Shown: positions 39,675 to 53,864 of the stretch, in pieces
Position numbering within the stretch: the first letter of the stretch is position 1
Layout of the letters: each line of letters opens with the position of its first letter
DNA from: Octopus bimaculoides
Lineage: Eukaryota
Direction of reading: 5' to 3'
Length of the DNA stretch: 64,000 nt
NCBI RefSeq assembly: GCF_001194135.2
Contig: NC_068989.1
Span: 70,700,191-70,764,190 of the forward strand
Translations under genes and position numbers: made by a program
The notes under the pieces: generated by a model
Database searches by the model: none
What the model was told of the DNA's origin: nothing
The model's input: only the letters and a program-made list of their open reading frames with translations

Positions 39675-40421
39675 TGTGTGTGTGTACGTGTACAAGCAAG
39701 CATTCGTATAGGAGCCAGCTGGAGAGTAATGTATGCATTTAAGCAAACATGACTATCATGATGATAGAAGTTACAGACCCCAGATGGTTATCAGTGAATT
39801 ACTAAAACAGTTTTTTATATTTCATGAGTCAAACTATAACCTTAAGTTGATGTAAATTTAACTATCAGTTATTAAGAATCGAAAAATATTACACACTCAC
39901 ACACACACATGTGTGTCCTTTCATTGGTTAAGAAGAGAAAACTGCAACAAGTTCAACAATAAACCAATAAAATATTTACATTTGCACAATTTATAAAGGA
40001 ACCAAACATAGGAATAGGTAGCGGTTTTATTCTATTTTTAAAAACCATCGAATTATTAGTACTTTTAATCGGTGACACTCCCTACTGACTTCAGGAAGAG
40101 TGTGGGTGTAAATGGGGAGTGTAATAGCCAAGACTTTCCTCAGAAATATTATCAGCAGACATGGCTGTGGTTGAGAAGCTTGCTTCCCAATCATGGTTTC
40201 AGGTTCAACTCCACTGTGTAGCATCTTGTGCAAGTGTCTTCTACTATAGATCTAGGCTGACCACTGTCTTGTCAGCAGACGGAAACTGAAAGAAGCTTTG
40301 TTGAATATATGTATGTGTGCAAGTCATTTTACTACTTCATTTACAATTGTTTCATTATATCATGATAAGATGAAACAATTGTAAATCAAAGTAATAAAAT
40401 GACTAACTCACTCCATTCTTA

Positions 40422-40458
<37 letters not shown>

Positions 40459-42259
40459 AAATCAAAGGTAGAACATACAATGTATTATTATATATGCACA
40501 TAAAGGTGGTGAGCTCGCAAAGTCATTAACATGCTGGACAAAATGCTTAGTAGTATTTCATCTGTCTTCAGATTCTGCTGAGGTCAACTTTGCCTTTTGT
40601 CTTTTCACAATTGATAAAATAAGTACTAGCTATACACTGGGGTAGATGTCATTGACTAGTTCCTTCCCACAAAATTTCAGGTTTTGTACCTATAGTAGAA
40701 TGGTATGTATGCGATTTAGCCTGAGCTTAGTAATAATGATCAAAAGTGTTTCAGCCTTAACTGTCATCTCTGTTTTGTTGTTTATATATTTGAGACATTA
40801 TTTAATAAATCCTTACTCCTTCTCTTTAAGGATAGGAGGATGTAATTTAGGAGAACTTGCTATTTCTAGCAGGTCAAGTTACTGCATAAAGACTCCCTCC
40901 CTTGCGTGTGTGTGTGTGTGTTTGTTTGGCATATTTAGTTGCAGCAGCTAAATAATATGAGAGGTGACTGCATCTAAGAAATGTACTCCTTGCATGACTA
41001 AATGGTTATTGCAATTAGGGTGTCAAATTATGGAATTCTGAATTTATAGACACAATAACAATAATGATGATGATGATGATGAGAACAACAAGAGTATAGA
41101 ATTGTGATAAAATATAATGCTGTATGTGATGAATTTTACACCTTGTGGAAAAAAGTAACAAAATTCTCTGAAATTATGCAGAGTTCAGTATATTAAAATC
41201 AATTGCTGGAGATTAATTACCAAGGAATCGAATGATAATCAGGTTAAGCAACTTTTAAGTGTAGAGGTTCAGAAGAAAATGAGTGGCTGTGTGGTAAGAA
41301 GTTTGTTTCCAAACCACTAAAGAAACTAGCAATGGGACAGAATCTGAAACCATGTGACTGGTAAGCAAACTTCTTAATACAGCCATGCCTACTGTCTTAG
41401 AAATAACAAAAAAAAAGGGAAGGGCACCTGTACCTATAAGGCATGCCAGTACACACACACACACATATATATATATATNNNNNNNNNNNNNNNNNNNNNN
41501 NNNNNNNNNNNNNNNNNNNNNNNNNNNNNNNNNNNNNNNNNNNNNNNNNNNNNNNNNNNNNNNNNNNNNNNNNNNNNNNNNNNNNNNNNNNNNNNNNNNN
41601 NNNNNNNNNNNNNNNNNNNNNNNNNNNNNNNNNNNNNNNNNNNNNNNNNNNNNNNNNNNNNNNNNNNNNNNNNNNNNNNNNNNNNNNNNNNNNNNNNNNN
41701 NNNNNNNNNNNNNNNNNNNNNNNNNNNNNNNNNNNNNNNNNNNNNNNNNNNNNNNNNNNNNNNNNNNNNNNNNNNNNNNNNNNNNNNNNNNNNNNNNNNN
41801 NNNNNNNNNNNNNNNNNNNNNNNNNNNNNNNNNNNNNNNNNNNNNNNNNNNNNNNNNNNNNNNNNNNNNNNNNNNNNNNNNNNNNNNNNNNNNNNNNNNA
41901 TCAATTAGAAAATGGAGGATAATATGCTGAACCCAACTACTTGCAGACAGTGTATCCCGTTGAATTCATTAATTTAATTCATAGCTAAAGTGACAAAAAC
42001 AGAAAAAACCCAAAGTACAGGTGTTTATGACAAACCATGTTATTTTACCAACCGGGTTTACATATAGAAGTACAAAGTACATAAGAAATTAGAGAATGAA
42101 CAGAAGTAAATTTGGGGTAAAACCTCCACTTTTACCTGCTCCCATTTATTGCACTTGGTATAACACTAGTGTAGCAATAATTGGGTACCCTCCCAGCAGT
42201 ATATTGGATAGATACTATCCCTTAGTGGGTTGAACCCTCAACCCCTAACTCTCTCGCAC

Positions 42260-42289
<30 letters not shown>

Positions 42290-42291
<2 letters not shown>

Positions 42292-42500
42292 TTTATTGAC
42301 TATATATATATTAGTCAATTCATATAAACGAGTAAAATTAATGGTCAACAAGAGGACGTGCACAAGATATATATATATCAGCTTGACGCTCAGTGTAAAG
42401 AGAGAGCTTGACGTTTCGAGTATAGCTCTTTGTTGGAAAGAAGAAAGGGAAAAGTCCAAAGAAGGAAAAGAAATCTCTGGTGACACGTAGAAGGCACTCA
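42290..42500 (-). mobile_element. Penelope-like element remnant with a decayed minimal hammerhead motif at 42404-42436
   Basis: Minus strand reads ccaacaa-a-gag-ctata-ctc-gaaac-gtc-aag, i.e. CYGANGA/stem II/GAAAC/GUC with two CpG-to-CpA changes in the core. Confidence 0.5.
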
Positions 42501-42662
42501 GTACACTCTGTGGTGGAGTGGTTGGTGTCAGGAAAGAACATCCAGCTATAGAGACCAAGCAAAATCAGACTGGAGCCTGGTGCAACTCTTCCGCTTGCCA
42601 GTTCCACTCAGACTGTCTAATCTACTAATCTATGCCAGTATGGATAACAGACAACAAAATGA

Positions 42663-42709
<47 letters not shown>

Positions 42710-43111
42710 TAGATAGATAGATATACACACAGAGAGAAAAAAATCAGAGCCATGAGATGATAGAAGATTTAACTTAATAGAGCTATGATCATTCATCTAA
42801 ATGAAAATGAGTGAATAGAAGAGATTCACAAAGAAAGATAATTGCATCACTTGTGTAATGTTCCGATGAATTCAAAAAAACAACAACAGTTCAGTATTGT
42901 ATATGACAACAACAGCAATACAGTTAGAAAACAAACGAGAGAATCCTCACCCCCCCCCCTCCACTACCACTACCACCACCACTACCACTACCACCACCAC
43001 TACAACAACAAAGCTTAGAACACTTAAAACCTTACTGAAGTGAGACAAAAAGTAGAACAACCCTATTGCTATATGACAAATATAAAATGAAACATAAGGG
43101 AGAATTCCTAC

Positions 43112-43214
43112 ATGAGTCACGCAGACAAAACACGCTATGATCGAGTGGAGTAATCCTCCAAATCTATTTAACTCCAAAGCACAAATGGTAAACTGGTTGA
43201 GGGGTGGTGGAACC
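43112..43214 (-). CDS. Candidate upstream/alternative MTSS1 exon: (g)VPPPLNQFTICALELNRFGGLLHSIIACFVCVTH
   Basis: Strong acceptor (actaat...tttttcacag|) and only one open frame. ELNRFGGLLHSIIA resembles MTSS1 helix 1 ECSALGGLFQTIIS. It ends in phase 0, compatible with the 62-nt exon, but the donor (cat|gtagga) is weak and the DMK motif is absent. Confidence 0.4.
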
Positions 43215-43824
43215 CTGTGAAAAATGATGACAAAACATCGATGATGATTCAACAAAAATTAATTAGTCTTTAAGTACAAGATATGTTTGTATTTATTTAT
43301 TTATATATATTTTTTAATATTTGTCCCCCCCCCCTACCATTTCTTACAAGTTCATAGCATAAAAGTCAAGGATTTAGATTTATTTTTCGAAAGGAATGAG
43401 TAAATAACAAAACCAAATCAACATTACATGGTGTTTTTTGTTTTTTTTAAATTCCTCAAACTCGTATTTCTTTCATAAGCACCCATCTTACATTTTTCTT
43501 TTTCTGGTTCCTTTAAATTACATTTATTCAGTTCTTTCCTCTAAATTTCCAAATTGAATACCACATTATAATAGAAATCTAAAAATGAGAGGAATGTGTA
43601 AAAACGAAAGAAGCAACAATATAATAGTAGTGGCAGTAGTAGTAGTAGTAAGGCATTAACGTCCATGTATTTCCATCCTAAACTACTTTCAATCATAAGG
43701 TGGTTGATTGGAAAAGTCATTTGGAACATCTTACTACAATGCATTGTTGCATTTGTTCTAACAAGGATTGTAAAACTGAACTAATTTCTTTCAAAATGAG
43801 TTTTGTTAAGTAGTTTTACATGTT

Positions 43825-44200
43825 CAGGCATGGCTGTGTGATAAGAAGCTTGCTTCCTAACTACATGGTTCCGAGTTCAGTCCCACTGTGTGTCACACCT
43901 TGGGCAAGTGTCTTTTACTATAGCCTCGGCAACCAAAGCATTGAGTGAATTTGGTAGACGGAAACTGAAAGAAGCTTGTCTTGCATGTCTATGTATGTGT
44001 GTGTCTGTGTTTGTTCCCCCACCACTGCTTGACAACTGGTGTTGGTGTGTCTGCATCCCTGTAACTTAGTGGTTTGACCAAAGGGACAGATAAAATAAGT
44101 ACCATGCTTTTTGGAAAAACAAGTCCTGGGGGTCGATTCATTTGACTAAAAATTCAAAGCAGTGCCCCAGTATGACCACAATCTACTGACTGAAACAAGT
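43825..44200 (+). mobile_element. SINE family A copy
   Basis: Head, CORE-like segment and tail all present. Confidence 0.8.
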
Positions 44201-45834
44201 AGGAAAAAAAAAATCTATTTTCAGAAATAAGAGCTGAAGATTTGGCATTCACACTCCACAGCCCTGGTACCAGCCTAGTGCTAGTCACAGGACTCTCTCT
44301 TTTCCTGGTTGTCATATTCTGAATGTTTCACTGGGTTTAACCCTTTAATATTCAGATTATTCTGTCAAATGGAAATGCTTTGAATTAATTATGCATCATT
44401 TTGTAACTCTGAGCTTCCAATGATGTGATTGTTTATTTTTAGAATGACATTGTAGGTTAGGAGTATGAGGCCAAATTTAGCTGGTTTGAATATTAAAAAA
44501 ATGTTGTACATTTGGGCCAGATATGGCCAGTTTAAATGTTTAAAGGGTTACACCAAAGTAAATTTTTTAAAGGGCTATTGCTGTTCATGTCCAGTTCCAG
44601 GTCAGTCCTAATTCAGCAAACCCATAATCAAAAGTGCTGTTGCTGCCTTTCTTTTCCTTTGTTTCTTATATTTTTTCTTTGTAACCTTATAACTACATTA
44701 TTAACAATGTCTCTTTTCAAGAATCTAATGTGATTTGAGGGAGACTTGGTTGCTTTTTCTAGCCATTTGAATAACCACATAGTCTTCTACAGTTATTTGA
44801 TGTTGGGTCATGTGTCTAAATGTTCATGACTGTTTAGATATGTAATTAAAAGAGGTCAAGTGAGTTTGGAGAAAGCGTGACCTCTGCCCCTTGCATGTCT
44901 AAGTGGTCTTTTGATATTTAGGCTTATTAATCGTCTCTACATGCTTGCTGCTGCAGTTGTTGTTTAGCCCCAGGCTGACCCTGATCAGGAAAACCTATGA
45001 TTGAAGGAATTCCAACCATAACCATCCTGTCTTTTTCCTATATGCAAGGAAACCTATGACCCCTTTATTTAACCCATTTGATACCAAACTGCACAAGACT
45101 CCCCATGGATATGTTCCAAATTCCAGCTTAACAATGATAAAGTTATTTTACTAAGTTCTTCTGATAAGGTTGGACATTTGGACCAATTTAAATGCTAAAT
45201 GGTTAAGGATCAAAAGGCCAAGAAAGCACCTGTGTCAACCTGTAACTAATAGGGTCACCTAAAACAACCAGTTCTTTTGTACTATAGGTACAAGACCTGA
45301 AATTTTAGTGGAGGGAGCTGACTGATTCCATTGGTCCCAGCACTCAACTGGTACTTTATCAACCCAGAAAAGAGAAAAGGCAAAGTCAACCTTGGTGACA
45401 TCTGAACTCAGAATGTAAAGCCAGAAAAATATGCTGCTGAGCATTTTTCCGACAGGTTAACGATTCTACTAGCTTGTCGCCTTACCTAAAATAAATAGCA
45501 AAAGCAAGGTCCATACAACCAAGCCATCTTCAATTACAAGTGACAGCTGTAGTAGTAGTAATAACTGCAATTCATATATTTCAAAAGGATTTCTTAACAT
45601 CCACCTACACACACATGTAATCTATTAATTGAGTTTACAAATATAATTCTTATACAAGGCTTTTAACACAATCGTATTATCCATCATACGAGTCCTGTCT
45701 ACCATCTGCCACCATAGTGTGGTACATTACAGCCCTCTAAAATTCCAACACTAACATCAATGTGTTTGTTATGTAGGTAGAAAATCAAACATTAAGAACA
45801 AAGAGTGTGTGCGTATGAGTATACACACACACAC

Positions 45835-45884
<50 letters not shown>

Positions 45885-46184
45885 GTTATATTGATCCAGA
45901 ACTTCAGTAGTATTTTATTTTATCAATAACTCCCATGCACCTCAGCCAGATCGAACACAAAAAAAAGTTTCCTTTGACTCTGGTGAAATTTGAATTCAGA
46001 CTGTAAAACATGGGTTCTCAACTAACAAGCTGCAGATCAGAACCAAGCGACACAGAAAGAATAAATTTTAAATTTTACTTTATAGACTATTACAGTCTGC
46101 AAGTTTTTTTTTTCTTTTTTACCATTGAATTTGTATTGTAAATATAATATTTTACATATCTTTTAACTCTTACTTATTTCAGTT

Positions 46185-46510
46185 ATTAGACTGTGGCCAT
46201 GCTGGGGTACAGCCTTGAAGAATTTTTAGTCAAATGAATAGACCCCAATGTATTTTGTTTAAAGTCTGGTACTTATTCTATTGGTTTCTTTTTGCCAAAC
46301 CATCAAGTTAGCAGGATGTAAACACACCATCACCAGTTGTGTGGTGGTGGACAAACACAAACCTCTCTCTCACATATATATATGCACACACACACACACA
46401 CACACACACAAACATCAAATCCATACACAAGGTTTTAGTTGCCTGAGGCTATTAGTAGCCCAAGGTGCTACACAGTAGGACTGAACTTAGGACCATGAAG
46501 TTGGGAAGCA
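46185..46510 (-). mobile_element. SINE family A copy
   Basis: Reverse complement of the family A body and head. Confidence 0.75.
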
Positions 46511-46532
46511 AACTTCTTATCACACTGCCAGG

Positions 46533-46613
<81 letters not shown>

Positions 46614-48129
46614 GTTCTGTGCATTGCTCGACTTGCAAAAAAGCAGGATCCAAATATCTCGCAAATAATATCATAACATGATGAAAAAAAAAAAGAACAT
46701 GCAAGAAAAAGATTGGATGGTCACAGTTGGAATGCTTTTGATCATAACTCCGCTCAGTCAAAGGCTGACCTCAGACTTAACAACGACAATAACAGGCTGT
46801 GAATAAAAATCAATACAGCTTTGTTTGCTCAACTGATTTTGGACAGGGAATATAGAGAGGACTTGTACTCAACTCATTTCTCTAACTCCACACCCACCAC
46901 CTCATATTTCCTATACAACACACACACACATACACAGATACACACACATACACACAAGCTATTCCTTACTTTCCTACTACAAAGCCTCTAAATGGTTACA
47001 CAATATGCTAAAAATAGCATCCCAAATCTCCCTCGAATCACACACACACACATAAACAAATGTTAAAATATGCACACCAGTGTTATATACAAACATGCAC
47101 CTCTGTCATTTGAAAGACTTCATGTAACCAGGTCTGGGCTGTTTATTATTCGATAGACTTAGAGATTATTACTTTGCTTGGAAACGAGTAAGGGTTGGTG
47201 TCAGGAAAGATATTCAACCATATAAAAGCTGCCTCAATGAATTCTGTCTGACCCATTAAGCTATGTAAGCATGGAAATGAGAGTGTTCACACATACACAC
47301 CAGAAATAAATAGACATCCCTCATTATATGTAAGCACTAGTCATTAGTATGATACCCAAATGCATTGAATCATTAAGAACTGCAGAAAGCATGTATAGTA
47401 AATACTAAGTTAAGTATTTAAATACATCAAGTGACATTTTGCTTCTGGAAATAAATCTTACAAAAATGATGGTGCATATACATACGAACATTATATAATT
47501 ATACATACACAGACAGGCATATAGATAGGTAGATAGACAGATAAACAGACAGAGTGAAAAAGAGAGAAGAAACTTCATATGCTATCAATACTTATCCCCT
47601 CTTTTGTAGAGTATTTCATTCCTCTTATTTCAGAAACAAAGTTTCTTATCATAAAAAAAAGGACATGTTAGATGTGATCCTGGGTTTGCAGAACATAGGC
47701 CAAAGAAAAAAAAATTGAAAAGGGATGGTCACAATAGGAATGCCATTGATCATAGATCTTCTCAATTGGAGTTGAGCTGGGCTTAAACAACAACATTGAC
47801 ATCAATCCATACTGATTCCTGCCCCACATTAACAACCACTTCCATCACACCACATACATATAAGATAATTCTTTACCCCTCTTTCTTTTATTCAGTTGCC
47901 ATTTCTTCTTTTTATCTCCTGCCACCACTGTCACCACCACCACCACCACTGTTAGAATGCACTGTCATCCCCAAGTGAAACACCACCGACCCACTCCGAT
48001 ACACATACTCGACCCCCTCACCTGCAAGCACATCCCACCCTGTCACTCACATCACATTACTAGAAGCACGTGCCTGCAGAGATCTTGGTATGTGCATTGG
48101 ATGTATCATTTCTGCCATTGTATTATGTA

Positions 48130-48165
<36 letters not shown>

Positions 48166-48194
48166 NNNNNNNNNNTATATATATATATATATAT

Positions 48195-48268
48195 AGTGAG
48201 AGAGAGGTGAGGAAGAGATGACAGAGTGAGAGAGAGGTGAGGAAGAGATGACAGAGTGAGAGAGAGAG
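48195..48268. repeat. 30-bp tandem repeat (agtgagagagaggtgaggaagagatgacag), about 2.4 copies
   Basis: Exact unit repetition is visible. Confidence 0.85.
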
Positions 48269-48440
48269 GGGTAGTAAACCTTATGAGATGAAACAAAATC
48301 AATATTAAAAGCCTCTCTGACAACTAGCACCTTATTACGTCAAGCCAAGGGCTGCTGGGATAGCAATGTGGAATGGGTGAGTAGGGAATATTAGAGATGT
48401 TGATGATGAACACCTAATAGTAATAAAACACATGTACACA

Positions 48441-48499
<59 letters not shown>

Positions 48500-50053
48500 C
48501 TTTACAAGCTATCAGTATATATTTTTTTTCAGGTGGATTCCATTCTTCTTATTTCGAAACTTAGATTTCCTGACATAGATCTGTGACGAGAGAGAGAGAG
48601 AACTAGAGTAATACAGTGTATAGAGAGAGCAAGTGAATAAGTAGAGTGTAGAACATGAAAGAAGGAAGAGAGAAAGACAAGGGCTGGTGGAAAAAAAGAG
48701 TAAGAGATANNNNNNNNNNNNNNNNNNNNNNNNNNNNNNNNNNNNNNNNNNNNNNNNNNNNNNNNNNNNNNNNNNNNNNNNNNNNNNNNNNNNNNNNNNN
48801 NNNNNNNNNNNNNNNNNNNNNNNNNNNNNNNNNNNNNNNNNNNNNNNNNNNNNNNNNNNNNNNNNNNNNNNNNNNNNNNNNNNNNNNNNNNNNNNNNNNN
48901 NNNNNNNNNNNNNNNNNNNNNNNNNNNNNNNNNNNNNNNNNNNNNNNNNNNNNNNNNNNNNNNNNNNNNNNNNNNNNNNNNNNNNNNNNNNNNNNNNNNN
49001 NNNNNNNNNNNNNNNNNNNNNNNNNNNGTGCAATGGTACTGATGAAAGCAGAAATGACAGATAACTGCACTTAAAACTACAAAGTCTGAGATGGCTGGTT
49101 CATACGATACGGAATCATCAACAGGTCTTCATCACCGTCACCATCCCCCCCCCACACACACATTGATTGGTTGTTTAATTAATTGGCCAACATGGTGCTA
49201 CTATATAGTCAAGTGTAATTGGTGATCTGGAGAGATCTGAAGTTAGCTGAAGATTTTGTTTTGCTAATCTCATCACAAAAAGAAGAGTGCACGTGTGTGA
49301 CCGTGTGTATGGGAGGGGGGATATGAAGATTTTGGTTATGGTACTATAACCTACTAGAAGACATAGTACATCCATGAATGAGAAATCTGCCATACATGCA
49401 TGCATACATGTGCACCCATGGTAAATTCACAGACTTCTTTTTTTTTTTTAAATGAAGAATTTATAAAGTGATTTGCTATCAAACAAAACCAGATATGAAT
49501 TACACTGTTTTCTCTTATTCAAAGTCTTTGAGAACATTAAACCTTTTGTTATGAGATCACATTTCTGTTGAAATACACTGCTTCTATTTCACTTTAGTTT
49601 GAAAATCATCAAGAATTAAATAAAATAACTTTAATCACTATTAAGCTGATGTTTGGAACATGAATTAAAATGAAATTTAATGGAAATTTTAATTTAGGTC
49701 ACTTTAAAACAGATGAAATCTGGTGCCAACGTCTTTAGAATGTGACCAGATTCATACATGTCCCTCTGTATATGAACTTTTGGTACACTATACACCTACT
49801 ACTAGAATCAGCATTTCTTGCTACAAATTGAACTTTATGTCAGTGCCATGTAAAAAGGACTAGTGTTAGCACCACATAGAATTGCTTATGCTAGTACCAT
49901 GTTGAAAGTACCCAGCACACACTGTAAAGTGGTTGGCATTAGAAAGGGCATCCAACCACAGAAACCAAGCCATATCACACTGGAACCTGGTGCAGCTCTC
50001 TGGTTTGCCAGCTCTGGTCAAACTGACTAACCCATGCTAGCATAGAAAACAGA

Positions 50054-50091
<38 letters not shown>

Positions 50092-50304
50092 GCACATATA
50101 TATATACATACACATACATTCATAGATATACATACACACATGTAATATGATCATATATGTAAATATTTACAAAGTGGAGATGGTTTGAGAGGTGAACAAT
50201 AAAGGAAATGGGTGAGTTAGAGAGCAGAGACAGCAAGGAGTGGAAGTAAGAGGTAACAAGAGGTAGGAAGTAAGATAAGGACATGGTTTGAGAGATGGAG
50301 CAGA

Positions 50305-50340
<36 letters not shown>

Positions 50341-50817
50341 TATGCAAGCTGACGAGTGAGAGAACGAGATAATTTGAGAAGGTGGATGAGAGAACAGGAA
50401 AAAATTTTTAGATAAAAGGCAAGATCAATAGATGAGTACCAATACAGCTGATTGTATCTGATTGATTTTGACTTTGATGTTCAAAACCCAAATGAGACAA
50501 CTAAATAAATAAAGTCTGATGTAATGCTATATAGAAAATTTTTAAAAAGTTCAAACAGGTGAAAAGATGCCTCATTAGATATACCTGAATGACCAAAACT
50601 AGGTACATGGTATTGCAGGATGTGATTGCAAAGTGGTTGTAGTGCAAGTTATATATACATCTATATACATATATATCATAAAATTATACATCTCAAAATG
50701 TATATGTATAGATAAGTAGGTATACACATAATGATGCAATTATTGTAATATATGTGCTTGTACATGTGTGTATACACACACAGGATTATACAAGATATAA
50801 TTGTATATGTTTGTGCA

Positions 50818-50848
<31 letters not shown>

Positions 50849-51884
50849 AAAAGTACAAATGAAATGACATAATTAATCCTTTAACATTTAAACCAGTCAT
50901 GGCTCGTCAAATAGTCTCTGAGTTTATGCTCGAACCAGCAAGATCTGACCTATCACACCTACCCTACAATGTCATTCTAAAAATAAACAATCTCATCACC
51001 AAAATCTTGAAGCTATGAAATAATTTATGATTGATTTTTTAAAAATCTGAGTGAGCATTAGATTAATCTGAATGCTAGAGTTACACACACATATATAGAG
51101 AGAGAATAATGTACATGTAAAGATATATACAATACAATTACAGCTCTCTCTTTATCTCTCTCTCTGTATATATCTATGTACACACTCACACGCACAAGAA
51201 GGAGACCCACCATGTAGACAAGTTTCATATGTTCATTGCTCTGCTGTTGGTCCTTTTATTTTTCCCAATTTTTCCATGTCTAAGTATTATATATCATACA
51301 TGTATATACTGTACAAATATATATATATATATATATATAATGACTTTTATTTACTTCAATCAATATGGGAAAATAATGAAATATATAATTTGAATATATT
51401 TGAATTTATACTTCAAACTTTACAGTGTGATGGTAGTAGTGATGATACAAATTGATGATAGGGACTAAACAATTAGCTATAAATAATTTATAATTAAAGC
51501 ATCTTAAGACAAGTCATAAATGAGAAAGCTATAACAAAAAAAAAAGAGAGAGCATGTTTAACAGAGTGAGAATGGATGAAAAGGTAATAATACTAAAGAG
51601 AGATAAAAAGAGAGAGACTAAATAGAGAAGGCAGAAGGGAACAAGGGAAAGAGAGACCAAATAGGAGAGAGAAAGTGAGACAAACAAAAGCAGCATACCA
51701 TTATAGAAATAAAGAGAAGTGATGCAAATTTGATGAGAGAAATGAAGGAGATTAACTCTTTTAATAGTGACCTACTTGTACTAAATTGTTTGTCTGAATT
51801 AAGGTTTTCTCATACAATGAAGGATAGATAATTCGAGATTCCAATCATTAAATACCAGCATCTCATCTCATCTCTACTTAGCTC

Positions 51885-52255
51885 ATTTAATCCTTGGCGG
51901 GCTGGAGGGGGGTGGGGGCAGAGTTCTTCTCAAGCACGCTTGTGTCAGAGAGGCAAATGTCTCCAATTGATCTGGCTGGGCAACCAAGCAAAACCAACCA
52001 AACGCATGATTGTTATCCAACCATCTTGCTCATGATCTGCCCACTTGGTCTCCTGCCAGTTAGCTTTACCTGTAAAACCTGTCCAGCAATTCTTTTCCGT
52101 GACATTCTTACCACATGACCACAGAATCAAAGCTATTCAGATTAATCGAAGAATTTGCAGCTCCACTTGGAGCACCTCTCTGATCACCAAGCCCCACACA
52201 CCATCAAGTAATGTTACTCCAAAGACCCTTCAGAGGAACCCCATTTTGGCCACTT
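51885..52255 (-). mobile_element. Decayed 3' fragment of an RTE-clade LINE
   Basis: CGHVVRMSRKRIAGQVLQVKLTGRRPSG matches the RTE W(F/C)GHVxRM...GxRPxG motif, and resembles the 33.7-34.1 kb fragment. Confidence 0.75.
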
Positions 52256-52294
52256 ATATTCATGAATGCTAAAGAGTTACACACACACACACAC

Positions 52295-52340
<46 letters not shown>

Positions 52341-53864
52341 ACTCTAATATCTTAATTATGTTGGTTTAAGATTTTAGCATGAGGTCAATAATTTCATGGG
52401 AGGAGGGCTAAGTCAGTTACATCAACCCCAATGCCCAACTGGCATTTATTTTATTGATCCTAAAAGGATGAAAGGCAAAAATCAACCTTGGTAGAATTTG
52501 AACTCATATGTAAAAACGGGTGAAATGCTGCTAAACATTTTTTGTCTGGTGTGCTAACAGTTCAGCCAGTTTGCTGTCTTTAGTATGTTAATATATTGAA
52601 AATTAATTGGGACAAAGAAATCTAATTATTAGGAATATAGTAAGGGAAGGGCCAAAGGATATATTTAACTGAATGTAAGACAAAGGAGATAAGACAGCAG
52701 CCTAGCTATCTGGTTCTACCATAAATGGGATGGACAAGCAAAGGCGAGGTTAATGCAGAGAGAGCGAGAGAGAAAGAGAGATAGAGAGAAAGAGGGTATT
52801 GTATGCTAACGCAGTATAAGAATAGATTCAAAACAAAGTCAACAATAATAAAAGACTGCAGCAGAAAGACATTTATCAATAAAGCAATAATAATATGCTA
52901 GGCCAAAAGCACTTTAAACACAACAGACCAGCTAACTATATTATATATCTATATCACCATCTTTGTTTTATTGTCCTTTTTTTCCAATTTTGCATGGGTC
53001 AGAAGAAATTTATTAACCCTTTGGTATTTAAACTAGCCATTTCTGGTTCAAATGTTCTGCCTGTTTTACATTAAAACTAAACTGATTTCATCTTTCACAC
53101 CTACCCTGCAATGCCATTTTACAAATAAGTAATCACATTATTGAAATCTTGAAGCTATGCAATGCATTATCATTTCAAAACAAAGTGAATAAAGAAGCAT
53201 TACATTTGACAGAATAATCTGGATGCTAAAGGGTTGAGGCAGATGTTCTATGGTTGGGTGCACTACCTGTCTTCAACCCTCACCCGTTTCCAAGTACAGT
53301 AATATTTTCCCCATTCCTTCAAGCAAAAACAATACAATGACCCGATATGTTTCCATGAAAGATTGCCATCAAACAACATTGTATGTATGATGGGGACGTT
53401 TGTTTACAATTAACACATGACATAAAAAAAAAAAAAAATTTGACATGAATACAAGATGGTTTCTTTTAATTCCAGACTATAGAATCCCCTCACAAGATTT
53501 AGGGTCAACCTGGGGCTTTTGTAGAAGACACTTGCCCAAAGTGTTATGCAATGGAATTGAACACAAAACCACACAGTCACAAAATGGAGTTTGTAACCAC
53601 ACAACCATGCCTACATACACACACAATGGGATACTTTCAGTTTCCCTCTACAAAATCCACTTACAAAATCTTAGTTAAGCCGAGGTTATAGCAGAAGACA
53701 CTCACCCAAGGTGTTTCACAATGGGGTTGAACTTGAAACCACAAGGTTGCAAAGGGATTTTCTTAACCACACCCATGTATGTGTGTGTGTGTGCGCGTGT
53801 GCGCATGTACATGCATATATGTGTGTGTACATACACACACACACACACACTCTCTCTCTCTGCA

